This document shows, piece after piece, positions 19,913-29,663 of a stretch of DNA of 64,000 nt. Source of the DNA: Alkalispirochaeta sp. GTDB lineage: Bacteria; Spirochaetota; Spirochaetia; DSM-27196; Alkalispirochaetaceae. How positions within the stretch are numbered: position 1 is the first letter of the stretch; each line of letters begins with the position of its first letter. The stretch is from positions 1 to 64,000 of the forward strand of contig CBDESZ010000020.1 of assembly GCA_965242725.1 (NCBI GenBank), given 5' to 3'. The notes under the pieces are model-generated. The model worked only from the letters and a program-made list of their open reading frames with translations, did not search any database and had not been told where the DNA came from. Both the position numbers and the translations under genes were made by a program.

Positions 19913-20635
19913 ATGATGAAGTATATTTCCATATTGTTATTGATATTTACGGTAGTGATCCCTGTATTCGCCCAGGACGGACAGGCCGCCGAGGAGGATG
20001 CCCAGGCGGAACGGACTATCGAAGAGTTGTACCTCAGTCAGGATCTTGAGTTACAGATCATGCGCAGCCAGGCGTTGTCAAACGACAGGGAAATGAAACA
20101 GCTTGCCCTGAGAAATATGCGCGCCATGATTGAAAACGGAAATCAGTCTCAGGGAATGTACGTAATTCTTGAGTCCCTTGCCACCGAAGGCGTTGCACGG
20201 CAGGTGCGTTCTGAAGGTGCGATTATAAACAACTTCCCTGAAATCCGTCGGGAGGCGACGGAACTTCTCGGTCGGGTCGGCGGTGAAACGGCGAAAACAA
20301 CGCTCATCACCATCATTCGGGATGATCCGGAACCGATGGTCCTGGCTGAAGCGGCGTACGCCCTCGGTCAGATCGGATTGAATCCAAACAACGAGGTCTC
20401 CGATTACCTTGCCCAGACGCTTCTGCGGGAAAATGCGCGTCCCACGCCGGACAATAATCTCGCCTTTTCTCTCATACTTTCCTTGGAGCGGTTGTCGGCG
20501 CAGAATGACGGCATTGCCGATCCGGAAGTGCTCGGAGCGCTATTGGAAGCGGCGTCCAGCCCCTATATCCGCGCCGTTCGTCGCAGGGCGATCGAGGCAA
20601 TCATCAATATGCGTGAACACGGCAAGGAGAACTAG
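19913..20635 (+). CDS. Exported HEAT-repeat protein
   Basis: Signal peptide ending VFAQ; NNFPEIRREATELLGRVG, DPEPMVLAEAAYALGQIG. Confidence 0.85.
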   Translation: MMKYISILLLIFTVVIPVFAQDGQAAEEDAQAERTIEELYLSQDLELQIMRSQALSNDREMKQLALRNMRAMIENGNQSQGMYVILESLATEGVARQVRSEGAIINNFPEIRREATELLGRVGGETAKTTLITIIRDDPEPMVLAEAAYALGQIGLNPNNEVSDYLAQTLLRENARPTPDNNLAFSLILSLERLSAQNDGIADPEVLGALLEAASSPYIRAVRRRAIEAIINMREHGKEN

Positions 20636-20741
20636 AGACAGGACAACGCCGTGAGACGTGGATTTGTGTTCGTGACGGGATAGACCGTCGCGGACCTTCC
20701 TCGCGGCAGTCGATTGTTCCCATCGTCATTCCAGATATCAG

Positions 20742-21398
20742 GTGAAACGTTTCCGCTCGTTCCGGTATATATTGCGTATTGCCGCGCTTTTCGTGGCCCT
20801 TCTCGTATTCTTTTCGCACGCCGTGGTTCACAACGCGGCGGAAGGAAAACTCTATTCCCGTATCGGAGAGACGCCGTACCGGAGGGCAGGGCTGTTGCTG
20901 GGAACGAGTCCCTATTTCCGCACGGGAGCACCCAATCAGTTTTTCCGGAACAGAATAGAGGCGGCGGCGGCACTCATTGCGGCGGGCCGTATCGAAGTTA
21001 TTGTCGTGAGCGGCGACAACAGACATCAGAGTTACAATGAGCCGCGTTACATGAGGGACGCTCTTATTGACCGGGGCGTACCACCGGAGCGAATTGTAAT
21101 GGATTTTGCGGGTCTTCGCACCCTTGACTCGGTGGTTCGCATGAACCGGGTATTTCTTCAGGACCGATTCGTCATTATCAGTCAGGAGTTCCAGGTGGAA
21201 CGGGCCCTTTTTCTCGCCGCCGAGCACGATATCGACGCGATCGGATTCATCGCCGCCGACGCAGAAGGTATTGCCCAGACAAACGTCCGTATCAGGGAGT
21301 TTGCCGCCCGGGTCCAAGCGGTTCTTGATGTCTACATACTCGGTACCTCGCCCCGACATCTCGGCGATGCCGTTCCCATTGTCTTCCCCGATGATTAA
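20742..21398 (+). CDS. sanA: SanA/YdcF (DUF218) family protein
   Basis: LLLGTS, VSGDN, YNEP, DFAGLRTLDSVVR, IREFAAR. Confidence 0.88.
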   Translation: MKRFRSFRYILRIAALFVALLVFFSHAVVHNAAEGKLYSRIGETPYRRAGLLLGTSPYFRTGAPNQFFRNRIEAAAALIAAGRIEVIVVSGDNRHQSYNEPRYMRDALIDRGVPPERIVMDFAGLRTLDSVVRMNRVFLQDRFVIISQEFQVERALFLAAEHDIDAIGFIAADAEGIAQTNVRIREFAARVQAVLDVYILGTSPRHLGDAVPIVFPDD

Positions 21399-21413
21399 CC
21401 GTACAATCACCAC

Positions 21414-22133
21414 ATGAAACGGGTGTTACAGCTTCCTTTCGGTTCCGGGACATATGAGATCCAACCCCGGAAAATCATCGCATTGGGTATGAACTATCGC
21501 TCCCATATCCAGGAGAGCGGCACCGTCAATGTCCGCGGATTCGACAGCAATGAACCGGAAGAACCGATTCTCTTTCCCAAGCTTTCAACGTCCATCATCG
21601 GCCCCGGTGATCCTATCATCCTGCCCGCGATCCTGGCGGACTATCGCTTTCCCGACGAGCGTACGGATTACGAAGGGGAGCTTGCCGTCATCATCGGCCG
21701 GGACGGTACAAATATCTCCGTCGGGAACGCACTTGACCACGTACTCGGCTATACCTGCGCCAATGATGTGAGTCAGAGAAACATTCAGAACAACGACCGG
21801 AGCGGCTGGTTTCGGGGAAAAGGGTTCGACACGTTTCTTCCCCTCGGGCCAAGGATCGTCGCCCCCGACGAGATCGGTGATCCTGGCGATCTGACGATCC
21901 GGACCCGCCTTAACGGCGTGGTTGTTCAGGAAGGAAATACGGGACAGATGATTTTCCCGATACCCGAGACGATCGCATTCATTTCACGAAATTTCACTCT
22001 CCAGGCGGGAGATATTATTCTCACGGGTACGCCCGCCGGCGTCGGTCCGATCGGCCACGGCGATATGGTGGAAGTTGAAGTTTCGAAGATCGGAACCCTC
22101 ACCAACAGCGTCATCGATTTTCGCCGGGAATGA
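21414..22133 (+). CDS. Fumarylacetoacetate hydrolase family protein
   Basis: GMNYRSH, DYEGELAVIIG, ANDVSQR, GKGFDTF, TGTPAGVG. Confidence 0.95.
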   Translation: MKRVLQLPFGSGTYEIQPRKIIALGMNYRSHIQESGTVNVRGFDSNEPEEPILFPKLSTSIIGPGDPIILPAILADYRFPDERTDYEGELAVIIGRDGTNISVGNALDHVLGYTCANDVSQRNIQNNDRSGWFRGKGFDTFLPLGPRIVAPDEIGDPGDLTIRTRLNGVVVQEGNTGQMIFPIPETIAFISRNFTLQAGDIILTGTPAGVGPIGHGDMVEVEVSKIGTLTNSVIDFRRE

Positions 22134-23275
22134 GCAGTAAAAGCATCATCGACGGCGGAAACGAGAGCTTCTATCGTACGATAGGTATTCCCCGGATACA
22201 TGTTCACCATCCGGTCAACCACTTCGATTTCACCCGTCCGGGACGACGGATTCTCGTCGTCGGTCCCATGGGTTCGGGAAAGACCGGCTTTGCGGCGCAG
22301 ATATGGCGGGATTCCCGCGTAGCCCGTGCCAAGGCGGACCGGATTCCCGCCTGTTTTACTCCCGATGGGGCCGATTTAAGGAAGGTCTTTTTCGTCCGTT
22401 CCAGACTCGATACCCGGCGGTTCCAGGACTACCCTTCAGATGCGCTTGCGTATCGTGGGGGGTATGAACAACTGGGGAGCTCCATAGCCGGAATATCCTC
22501 CTCCTTTGAATTGGAGGAGCTTGTCAGAAAACACCGTGACTATGGAACGTGGGTAGTGGACGAGGCGTCTTTCTACGATGAGCGCATTGCCTACGTGATT
22601 CAGCGTCTCTCCGATGCGCGGGGACTTGTCTTCGTACTTCCGACGCTTATTCTCAATTTCCGAAACGCCGTATTCAATACGACGGCGGGACTTCTACTTG
22701 AAGTCGCAACCGACCTCTTCCCCCTGACCGCCTACTGCGAACATCAGACATGTCTTGTCGATTCCAGTTACACCTACCGCTACTACACCGTCAATGGGGA
22801 AGAATGTCCCGCCCTCTATTTTGATCCGCTTATCATTGTGGGCGGAGACAAGCGGCATGACGACGGCAGGGAGCCCAATTACGGTACCCGCTGCGAGGAA
22901 CACCACCTGTTGCCCGGGAAAGACTATACGTTCCTCGTTTTGAAACCGCTTGGAGAGCGTGCCGCCGCCGGAGATGCGGCGGAGCTTGAAGAAGAGTTGT
23001 CCCTCCTGGCGCACAGGCCGGAAGATTCCCGTCTCGGTGAGATGCTTCTTACGGCGGGGGACGATGAACGGTCCCGACTCATGAAAAACGCCTTGAACGT
23101 ACCGTGCCTCGCCGAACGGGCGCTGGCATATCTCTTTGCGGAGCAGAATCTCATCAGTGAGGTCCTTCTGCGACGGATCGTCCGCCGTCTGCAACTGGAC
23201 TCGGATTTTCTCTCCATGCGGCTTGCGGACAATCGCCGGCCCGTTGATTTCTCACAGGACGAATTGTGGAGCTGA
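22130..23275 (+). CDS. tdk: Thymidine kinase (type II) with long C-terminal extension
   Basis: GPMGSGKT, VVDEASF, LTAYCEHQTC, IIVGGD, YGTRCEEH. Confidence 0.85.
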   Translation: MSSKSIIDGGNESFYRTIGIPRIHVHHPVNHFDFTRPGRRILVVGPMGSGKTGFAAQIWRDSRVARAKADRIPACFTPDGADLRKVFFVRSRLDTRRFQDYPSDALAYRGGYEQLGSSIAGISSSFELEELVRKHRDYGTWVVDEASFYDERIAYVIQRLSDARGLVFVLPTLILNFRNAVFNTTAGLLLEVATDLFPLTAYCEHQTCLVDSSYTYRYYTVNGEECPALYFDPLIIVGGDKRHDDGREPNYGTRCEEHHLLPGKDYTFLVLKPLGERAAAGDAAELEEELSLLAHRPEDSRLGEMLLTAGDDERSRLMKNALNVPCLAERALAYLFAEQNLISEVLLRRIVRRLQLDSDFLSMRLADNRRPVDFSQDELWS

Positions 23276-23277
23276 GT

Positions 23278-23964
23278 ATGAGTAACGAAATTCTGTGGCT
23301 GCTGCTGCTGTTGGCAAACTTCATAGGCATTATCATTGCCCACCGTTTTTTCGGACGGACCGGGCTGTACGTATGGATCGCCATCGCGGGAATAATAGCC
23401 AATCTGCAAGTCACCAAGACGATTGAACTGTTTGGATTGACGGCGACCCTGGGTAATATCGTCTACGCCGGGTCATTTCTCGCAACGGATATCCTCAATG
23501 AGCTTCAGGGACCGAAAGCTGCCCGCAGGGGGGTGTGGATCGGATTTTTCGCCATTATCATTCTGACCGCCTTTATGACGATGGCGTTGTGGTTTGCACC
23601 GGCTCCGTCGGATACGATGCATTCTCACCTTGTCGCGGTATACAGCGTACTTCCCCGCATCACCGCGGCGAGTCTCATCGCGTATCTCGTGAGTCAGCAG
23701 CACGACGTCTGGGCATTCCAGTTCTGGAAAGTCCGTTTCCCCGGTCCCCTGTGGCTGCGCAACAACCTGAGCACCCTGGTGAGTCAGCTTATCGACAGTG
23801 TGGTTTTTGCATTTGTTGCGTTTATCGGCGTCTTCCCATTCGGTACGGTTGTGGAAATTGTCATTACCACCTACCTCCTCAAACTTGTCGTCGCGATTCT
23901 GGATACGCCGTTCTTCTATCTCTCAGTCCGATACATTCCGGCCGGGAACGAACCGGAGGAATAA
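23278..23964 (+). CDS. Queuosine precursor transporter (YhhQ/VUT family)
   Basis: FLATDILNE, RITAASLIAYLVSQQHDV, WLRNNLSTLVSQLIDS, DTPF. Confidence 0.9.
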   Translation: MSNEILWLLLLLANFIGIIIAHRFFGRTGLYVWIAIAGIIANLQVTKTIELFGLTATLGNIVYAGSFLATDILNELQGPKAARRGVWIGFFAIIILTAFMTMALWFAPAPSDTMHSHLVAVYSVLPRITAASLIAYLVSQQHDVWAFQFWKVRFPGPLWLRNNLSTLVSQLIDSVVFAFVAFIGVFPFGTVVEIVITTYLLKLVVAILDTPFFYLSVRYIPAGNEPEE

Positions 23965-23968
23965 CACC

Positions 23969-24745
23969 CTATTCCTTCCAGGGAAAGATCATCCCCCGCA
24001 ATGTCCGCGGGCCGACGCGTTCACGGTCATCAAATATCAGGGCATCCCAGGGTATGTCGCTGCGGGACGCTTCGGGGTTTTCCTCATAGTAGTCATATTT
24101 GTAGAGGCGCAGCTTGACCGCTCCATGGTGCCATATGGCAAGCCCCATAATTCCCGGAAAAAGCAGCGCCGTAAATACGGAAATGGCGATAATTACGACG
24201 CTTCCCAACGCAACGGCGACGGAAAACAGGACGTTGTCAAAGCTTAACAGGAAACTTTTTTTCAGGACCTTTTTCAGATTGCGGTCGAGACGTCCCCGTA
24301 CGGGAAGGACGTACTGTGCCGTGACGACCCAGATGACGGACATCCAGAAAAGGAATGCCACGGCAATCAGGCCGACGGCGTTATTCATTGCCAGATAGAC
24401 CGGTATACCCACGGTGATGAGAAAGACGTGGGCGATCGCGATGCCGCCGAGCGTCACCGTTACGGGCAGGTACGTCTTGACGCCGGTGATGAAGGTGCCC
24501 CACGTCGGCGTTGCGTAATTCGTAATCTCTCCGGCAATGGAGTACACCCCGCCGAGAAATATGAACACGATGAAAACGCCGGCACAGAGGACCGCAATGG
24601 CGGCAGCCGTACCCCCGCCTGCGGCGACCGACGGGAGGAGCAGGGGGATCGACAACAGAACGATACATCCAAGATTTACAATTATTGCGGGAAGGAAATG
24701 GTCCCAGAGATCAAAAAAGGTCTTCTTGATGAGGAATCCGAACAT
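23969..24745 (-). CDS. Hypothetical integral membrane protein
   Basis: Multiple TM helices; MFGFLIKKTFFDLWD start and GPRTLRGMIFPWKE end. Confidence 0.85.
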   Translation of the reverse strand: MFGFLIKKTFFDLWDHFLPAIIVNLGCIVLLSIPLLLPSVAAGGGTAAAIAVLCAGVFIVFIFLGGVYSIAGEITNYATPTWGTFITGVKTYLPVTVTLGGIAIAHVFLITVGIPVYLAMNNAVGLIAVAFLFWMSVIWVVTAQYVLPVRGRLDRNLKKVLKKSFLLSFDNVLFSVAVALGSVVIIAISVFTALLFPGIMGLAIWHHGAVKLRLYKYDYYEENPEASRSDIPWDALIFDDRERVGPRTLRGMIFPWKE

Positions 24746-24810
24746 GGGAGGAGTATACGCGGAAACCGTTCTTCTGTGCAGGTCCCCCGTTTTGGTCTAT
24801 AATTTTTGTC

Positions 24811-26418
24811 ATGATGAAGCTACCTGTCCTGCCGATGATTTTTTTCGTTCTTATCAGCGCCATTGCCGTACCGGCGCTGGAGATCGACCGTGAGGAGCTT
24901 ACGGATATCCCGGAAGCGGATATCGATTTTGAAAATTATGAAGGACCGGTCGACCGGATTGACAGTCGTGACGCCATTCGGGGAATCGGACGATTTCTTG
25001 GTGACGGAGTGACGGCATCCGGGAGCGCCGCATACGGCGATCGATATTCTGTGCGTCGTATTGTAGGTGATCCCGACGATCCCCGCCGGGGGGCCGATAT
25101 TATGGAGCTCTCGCCTACCGCGGGAGTGGATCATATCGTCAACCTCCGGAGAATCATCGCGGGATATCTTGAGACGGGCTGGGACTACGGGAGTGACGAC
25201 GCAGACCTCATAGCCCGTTTTATTACCATTTACAACGCCGTCCACAGGGGCAGCGTCGCCTTTTTTGACGAGCGATATCGCAGCGCCGTTGTCGACGTCC
25301 TCCGGCCCGACGCCGTCGGACTTGCCATTTCCTTCCGGGAATGGCCGGGTCGGACGCAGCTGGTGATCCCCATTCGGGACGACCGTGCGCCCGGCGACCT
25401 GGACGCCGTCGATCCCCGTCAGCTCATCGACTCCGATGTTATAGCCGAACTGCGCAGCAGGGCCGACATGGGTATTCAGGATCGGAAGGCGATTATTCAG
25501 TTCATAGAGCGCGTCATCGAGGAGCGAACGGCGGCGATTGAAGAGGAACGGGAGGCCATTGAAGAGGAACAGGTCGCCATTGACCGTCGTCGTGAAGAAC
25601 TCGCGGCAGAGGCTCCGCAAGAGGAACCCGCGGTACAGCGTGATTCAACTCCGTCGGAGGAGACGCCGGGACCGGAAACCGACGTCGAAGAGGCAGACAC
25701 TGCACGGGAAGATCGACAACCCGCCACAACAGCCACGACCACCACAACGACCCCGACGACAACGCCCGCCGCCACATCGGACGGTGCCACTGAAGAGGAT
25801 GAGACGGTCGCTGAAGAAGAGGCCCAACTGGACCGCCGACAGGAGGAGCTGGATCAGCGACGGGAGGATCTGGCCGAGGAAGAAGAGGAACTCGCTGAAT
25901 TGACGGAAGAGGTGGAAACGCTCTACCGGGAGACGGCGGAGGACCAGGCGATTCCCGAGGAAATCCGCGGTGGCGGAGAACGGGTGATTTTCCTCATTGC
26001 ATCGGAAGGCGGCATGTATGAACTCGCTGTGGTTGATGCCGAGACACTGGAACCGACGGGAGAACAGACGATTCCCCTGGCGTCACGGGACGTCGTGAGT
26101 TATCGGGGCGGTCTGATCGTAGCCCACGGCGAAAGCGGACGCCTCCTCTTTCTGGACAGCACTTCCCTCGCGATTCGCGCGGAGAGTGACGTCCCGGTTG
26201 AACGGGGAGCGCGGATTCGTATTGTCGACCAATCGGTGGTGACCGTCATTCCCGAGGATGGCGGATTCTACCTCGGTCAGTTTGATCCACAGCTCGTACT
26301 CCAGCGACGGTCCACCGATGAAGTCCGCCGGAACACGGACATCGTGCAGCTTGGAGAGCGTCTTATCGTTCAGGGCAGGGGAGGAGCACTTCTGCTGATT
26401 GAACTTCAGGACATGTAA
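24811..26418 (+). CDS. P83/100 family exported protein
   Basis: Signal peptide; IDFENYEGP, VDHIVNLRRIIAGYL, FITIYNAVHRG, EWPGRTQLVIP; acidic coiled-coil and Thr-rich middle. Confidence 0.85.
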   Translation: MMKLPVLPMIFFVLISAIAVPALEIDREELTDIPEADIDFENYEGPVDRIDSRDAIRGIGRFLGDGVTASGSAAYGDRYSVRRIVGDPDDPRRGADIMELSPTAGVDHIVNLRRIIAGYLETGWDYGSDDADLIARFITIYNAVHRGSVAFFDERYRSAVVDVLRPDAVGLAISFREWPGRTQLVIPIRDDRAPGDLDAVDPRQLIDSDVIAELRSRADMGIQDRKAIIQFIERVIEERTAAIEEEREAIEEEQVAIDRRREELAAEAPQEEPAVQRDSTPSEETPGPETDVEEADTAREDRQPATTATTTTTTPTTTPAATSDGATEEDETVAEEEAQLDRRQEELDQRREDLAEEEEELAELTEEVETLYRETAEDQAIPEEIRGGGERVIFLIASEGGMYELAVVDAETLEPTGEQTIPLASRDVVSYRGGLIVAHGESGRLLFLDSTSLAIRAESDVPVERGARIRIVDQSVVTVIPEDGGFYLGQFDPQLVLQRRSTDEVRRNTDIVQLGERLIVQGRGGALLLIELQDM

Positions 26419-26430
26419 CCGAATGGATGG

Positions 26431-26844
26431 TTATTGATTGCCCCGGAATCGTATTCCGATCTTTTCAAGGAGTCTTCGCAGCCACTGAAGGAATGATTGC
26501 CACCAGCCGGGGTTCTTCAGTTTGTCCAGGCGCAGGAGTGCGTCTGCCATTTCGTCGCTGGTAAAGTCTTTCCGGGTGGAGTTCTCGTCGATTTCAATTT
26601 CAAGCAATCGCTGCTTGTCGTCACCGGCGACAATTCTGCATTGTATGGTGGTCCAGCCCAGGCGGCGGGCGGCTTCAAGTCGGCGTTGACCGGCGACGAG
26701 GCTGTAGCCGTCGGTGACGGTGATCGGATTGAGGAGACCCAGACGGCGCATGCTGTCCATGAGCTCCGATAAATCGCCTTCTTCCTGACGAATACGATTG
26801 CGCGTCCGAATTTTTGAAATCTCCACGGTTTCAATTCGTCTCAC
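26431..26844 (-). CDS. ParB N-terminal (CTPase/Srx-like) domain protein without HTH
   Basis: LGLLNPITV, LVAGQRRLEA, EIDENSTRKDF; AGGAG SD before GTG. Confidence 0.88.
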   Translation of the reverse strand: MRRIETVEISKIRTRNRIRQEEGDLSELMDSMRRLGLLNPITVTDGYSLVAGQRRLEAARRLGWTTIQCRIVAGDDKQRLLEIEIDENSTRKDFTSDEMADALLRLDKLKNPGWWQSFLQWLRRLLEKIGIRFRGNQ

Positions 26845-26873
26845 CGCCTTCTCCTTCCGCTCCCCGCCACTGT

Positions 26874-29459
26874 TCAGTCCAGCAACGGATTCAGTCCGAA
26901 ATCACCATTTTCAATTTGGTCGTCCATGTCCTCTTCGCGATCGTCGCCGTTTTCAGAGTCTCCGCCGTCCTGACCCGTCGCATCACCGGTCGTCCCGTCG
27001 GAGAGCCCCCCCAGGTCAAGCTCAAGGGAGAGGTCCAGATTATTGGATACGGGAAGCGTCGGTCCATCCAACGAGTAATTTGTCTGCTGAAGGTTTGACC
27101 TGAGCCGGTCGACGAGGACGGGAGTCTGTTCCCGCTCAAACTGGTCGCGTCTGTCAAACTCCGTCGGTTGACTGCCCGCAATGAAGACTTCCCTGATGGT
27201 AGAACCGGTGTAGTCTGCAGGGGGAAGAAGGCCCGAACGCTCGGTGACGGTCACTTCAACGATTCCGTCGGGTCGGACAAACTCGCCGGGGGGAAGTCCG
27301 GTGTGTATCTGTTTCATGTATTGTGCCCAGATCGGTCCTGTGGTGATCGCGCCGGTCTGGTTGACGCCGAGACTGTTGCTTCCGCCGCGGTCAAAACCGA
27401 TCCAGACGGCGGTTGTATAGTAGGGGGTAAACCCGACGGTCCACGCATCGGACCAGTTATCGGTGGTTCCCGTTTTCCCAGCCGTCGGCTGCTCGAAGTC
27501 ACCTGCCACGGTACGGGCATAGCGAAGGGTACCGCTCTGCACCGTCGTTTGCAGCATGTCCGCGATGATATACGCCGCCTGGGGGCTGACGATCTGGCGC
27601 GGTCCCCCTGCGCGCCGCTGCTCCCGCCGGAAATCCGCTTCCGGTTCAAGAATGACCCGTCCCGTTTGATCCTCGATATAGCGGATGCTGACGGGAGTAA
27701 CCTCTCGACCGCGGTTCGCGAGGGTGGCGTAGGCTTTTGCCATTTCCAGGGGATTGGTCTGAACGATACCCAACCCGACGGGATACTTGGAAACGAGATT
27801 CCGCTGGGTCATGTTCTCTTCGGGAATACCCAGAAGGGCCGCTGCCGTACCCAATGCGCTGTCAAAACCCACCCAGTTGAGAACTTTCAACGCCGGTACA
27901 TTCATGGAGTGGGCGAGGGCGTAGCGGGCGAGGACGGGGCCTTTCCACTCGCCGCGATAGTTGTTGGGGGCGTAGGGAGTGCCGTCGTCGCTTGTAAAGA
28001 CGACGGGCGAGTCATATATCATCGTCGCCGGGGTGATCACCTGGTCCTCGATTGCGGCAACGTAATAAAGGGGCTTGAAGGATGAACCCGGCGTAATCCG
28101 CCCGTCCACGGCGCGGTTGAACTGGTTTCGGGATTCAAAGTCCCGTCCCCCCACCATGGCGAGGATGTGGCCCGTGTCGTTTTCCAGGGTGATCAGCGCT
28201 CCCTGAACGGTGGTCCTCTGTGCCTGTTCTTCCGCCTGGGAATAGGCAATCCGCGTCGCCTGTCGTATGCCCTCCTGCTCGTTGGTACCGAGCATCATCG
28301 TCACGACATCCAGAACGGGGTTTATGGATTGCTGAAAGTGCTGACGGCCGCGCTGACGCTGTTTCGCATCGCCAACACGCAAATCGGGGAGGTTGAACCC
28401 AAGGGAGAGGAGATCGATGACGGGCACGAGCTCGTCTCCGTATCCGATTCTCGTTCTCGTGTTCTGCTGGTAAATGCTGTTAGCCCGGGTAATTCCCGTC
28501 CTGACATAGCGATCCGCCGCTTCCTGGTAATTCAGGTCGAGGGTAGTGTGGACGACAAAGCCGTCCTTGTTTATATCGAGGGTACCGAGAAGGTATCGAT
28601 TTTCAAGCTGATATCGAATGTATTCGGAAAAGAACGGCGCCCGGTCTTCCCGTTCGTAAAATGCGGTGGATGTATTGGATCTGGTAAAGTCGTAGTTGTT
28701 CCAGTACTCGTCAAAACTGAGGTCCACCTGGTCCTGGGTTGCATATCCGAGGTCGACCATTTGATTCAACACCGTCCGCTGCATTTCACGCGCCTCATTT
28801 GGCCGTCGGATCGGCGTATAGAGTGACGGGTTTGCAAGCTGGATAACGAGCATAACCGACTCGGCGACGGTCAGCTCCCGCGCGGAGTGTCCAAAGAAAA
28901 ACTGGCTGGCCGCTTCCACGCCGTAGTTGCCGTGGCCGAACCACATGCGGTTGAGATATTGCTCGAGAATTTCGTACTTGGTGAACTGCCGCTCAAGCTG
29001 GTAGGCCCACCACAATTCCTTGAGTTTTCGTGTTATCGAAATTTCCGTACGGTCGGTATACAGATTTCCCGCCAGCTGCTGGGTAATTGTAGACCCGCCT
29101 GAAAAATAGCTGTTGGTAAGGACATTCCACGCCGCCCGCGCCGTTCCACGAAAACTGAATCCGTTATGCTCAAAGAACGTCTGGTCTTCCCGCGTGATGA
29201 GGGCGTATATGAGGTGACGGGGAAGTTCATCTATGGAAACGAGCTCCCTGTTCTCGTCGGAAAAGAATTCCGTAATGAGACGTCCGTTTCGATCCAATAT
29301 CTGCGAAGGTAGTGCGGAGGTCCGTGTATCGAGCTCACGCAAATTGCCCGTGTTCTGTACCGACGCTATCGCGACGCCTGTTGCAATTCCAAGCCCGACA
29401 ACTGCAAGACTCAGGACCACAAACAGCGTCCAGAGTATAGCACGCCATCGTTTCGTCAT
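26874..29459 (-). CDS. Penicillin-binding protein 1A (class A PBP)
   Basis: TM anchor; EDQTFFEHNG, GGSTITQQL, RKLKE; transpeptidase SSFK, SMN, KTGT. Confidence 0.95.
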   Translation of the reverse strand: MTKRWRAILWTLFVVLSLAVVGLGIATGVAIASVQNTGNLRELDTRTSALPSQILDRNGRLITEFFSDENRELVSIDELPRHLIYALITREDQTFFEHNGFSFRGTARAAWNVLTNSYFSGGSTITQQLAGNLYTDRTEISITRKLKELWWAYQLERQFTKYEILEQYLNRMWFGHGNYGVEAASQFFFGHSARELTVAESVMLVIQLANPSLYTPIRRPNEAREMQRTVLNQMVDLGYATQDQVDLSFDEYWNNYDFTRSNTSTAFYEREDRAPFFSEYIRYQLENRYLLGTLDINKDGFVVHTTLDLNYQEAADRYVRTGITRANSIYQQNTRTRIGYGDELVPVIDLLSLGFNLPDLRVGDAKQRQRGRQHFQQSINPVLDVVTMMLGTNEQEGIRQATRIAYSQAEEQAQRTTVQGALITLENDTGHILAMVGGRDFESRNQFNRAVDGRITPGSSFKPLYYVAAIEDQVITPATMIYDSPVVFTSDDGTPYAPNNYRGEWKGPVLARYALAHSMNVPALKVLNWVGFDSALGTAAALLGIPEENMTQRNLVSKYPVGLGIVQTNPLEMAKAYATLANRGREVTPVSIRYIEDQTGRVILEPEADFRREQRRAGGPRQIVSPQAAYIIADMLQTTVQSGTLRYARTVAGDFEQPTAGKTGTTDNWSDAWTVGFTPYYTTAVWIGFDRGGSNSLGVNQTGAITTGPIWAQYMKQIHTGLPPGEFVRPDGIVEVTVTERSGLLPPADYTGSTIREVFIAGSQPTEFDRRDQFEREQTPVLVDRLRSNLQQTNYSLDGPTLPVSNNLDLSLELDLGGLSDGTTGDATGQDGGDSENGDDREEDMDDQIENGDFGLNPLLD

Positions 29460-29546
29460 CTTAGTGACTGTACGGATGTCTACGCGTATTTGTCAACGCC
29501 CGCCGGGTTCCGGGAGCCTGAAAGGACGCCCCGTTGGAGGGCGGAC

Positions 29547-29577
29547 AAAAAAAGAGGCCGGTTCGGCAGAACCGGCC
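29547..29577 (-). terminator. Rho-independent terminator
   Basis: Minus strand GGCCGGTTC-TGCC-GAACCGGCC followed by TCTTTTTTT. Confidence 0.85.
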
Positions 29578-29634
29578 AAAAAGTATCGGCACAGAATAGT
29601 GAACTGGGAGGGGAACTATTTCCGCCGCCGATAC
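29547..29634 (-). ncRNA. Candidate small RNA or structured 3' UTR with C-rich loop
   Basis: Hairpin closed by GTATCGGC/GCCGATAC with inner GCGGAAATAGT/ACTATTCTGT and loop TCCCCTCCCAGTTC, then U5 and the terminator. Confidence 0.45.
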
Positions 29635-29663
29635 ATTATTTATCGTCTCTTCGTATTCAAGGT

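Noticed and set aside
25540..25920. Repetitive acidic and Thr-rich DNA
   Set aside because: Low-complexity coding linker of the P83/100 protein, not a repeat array or CRISPR.
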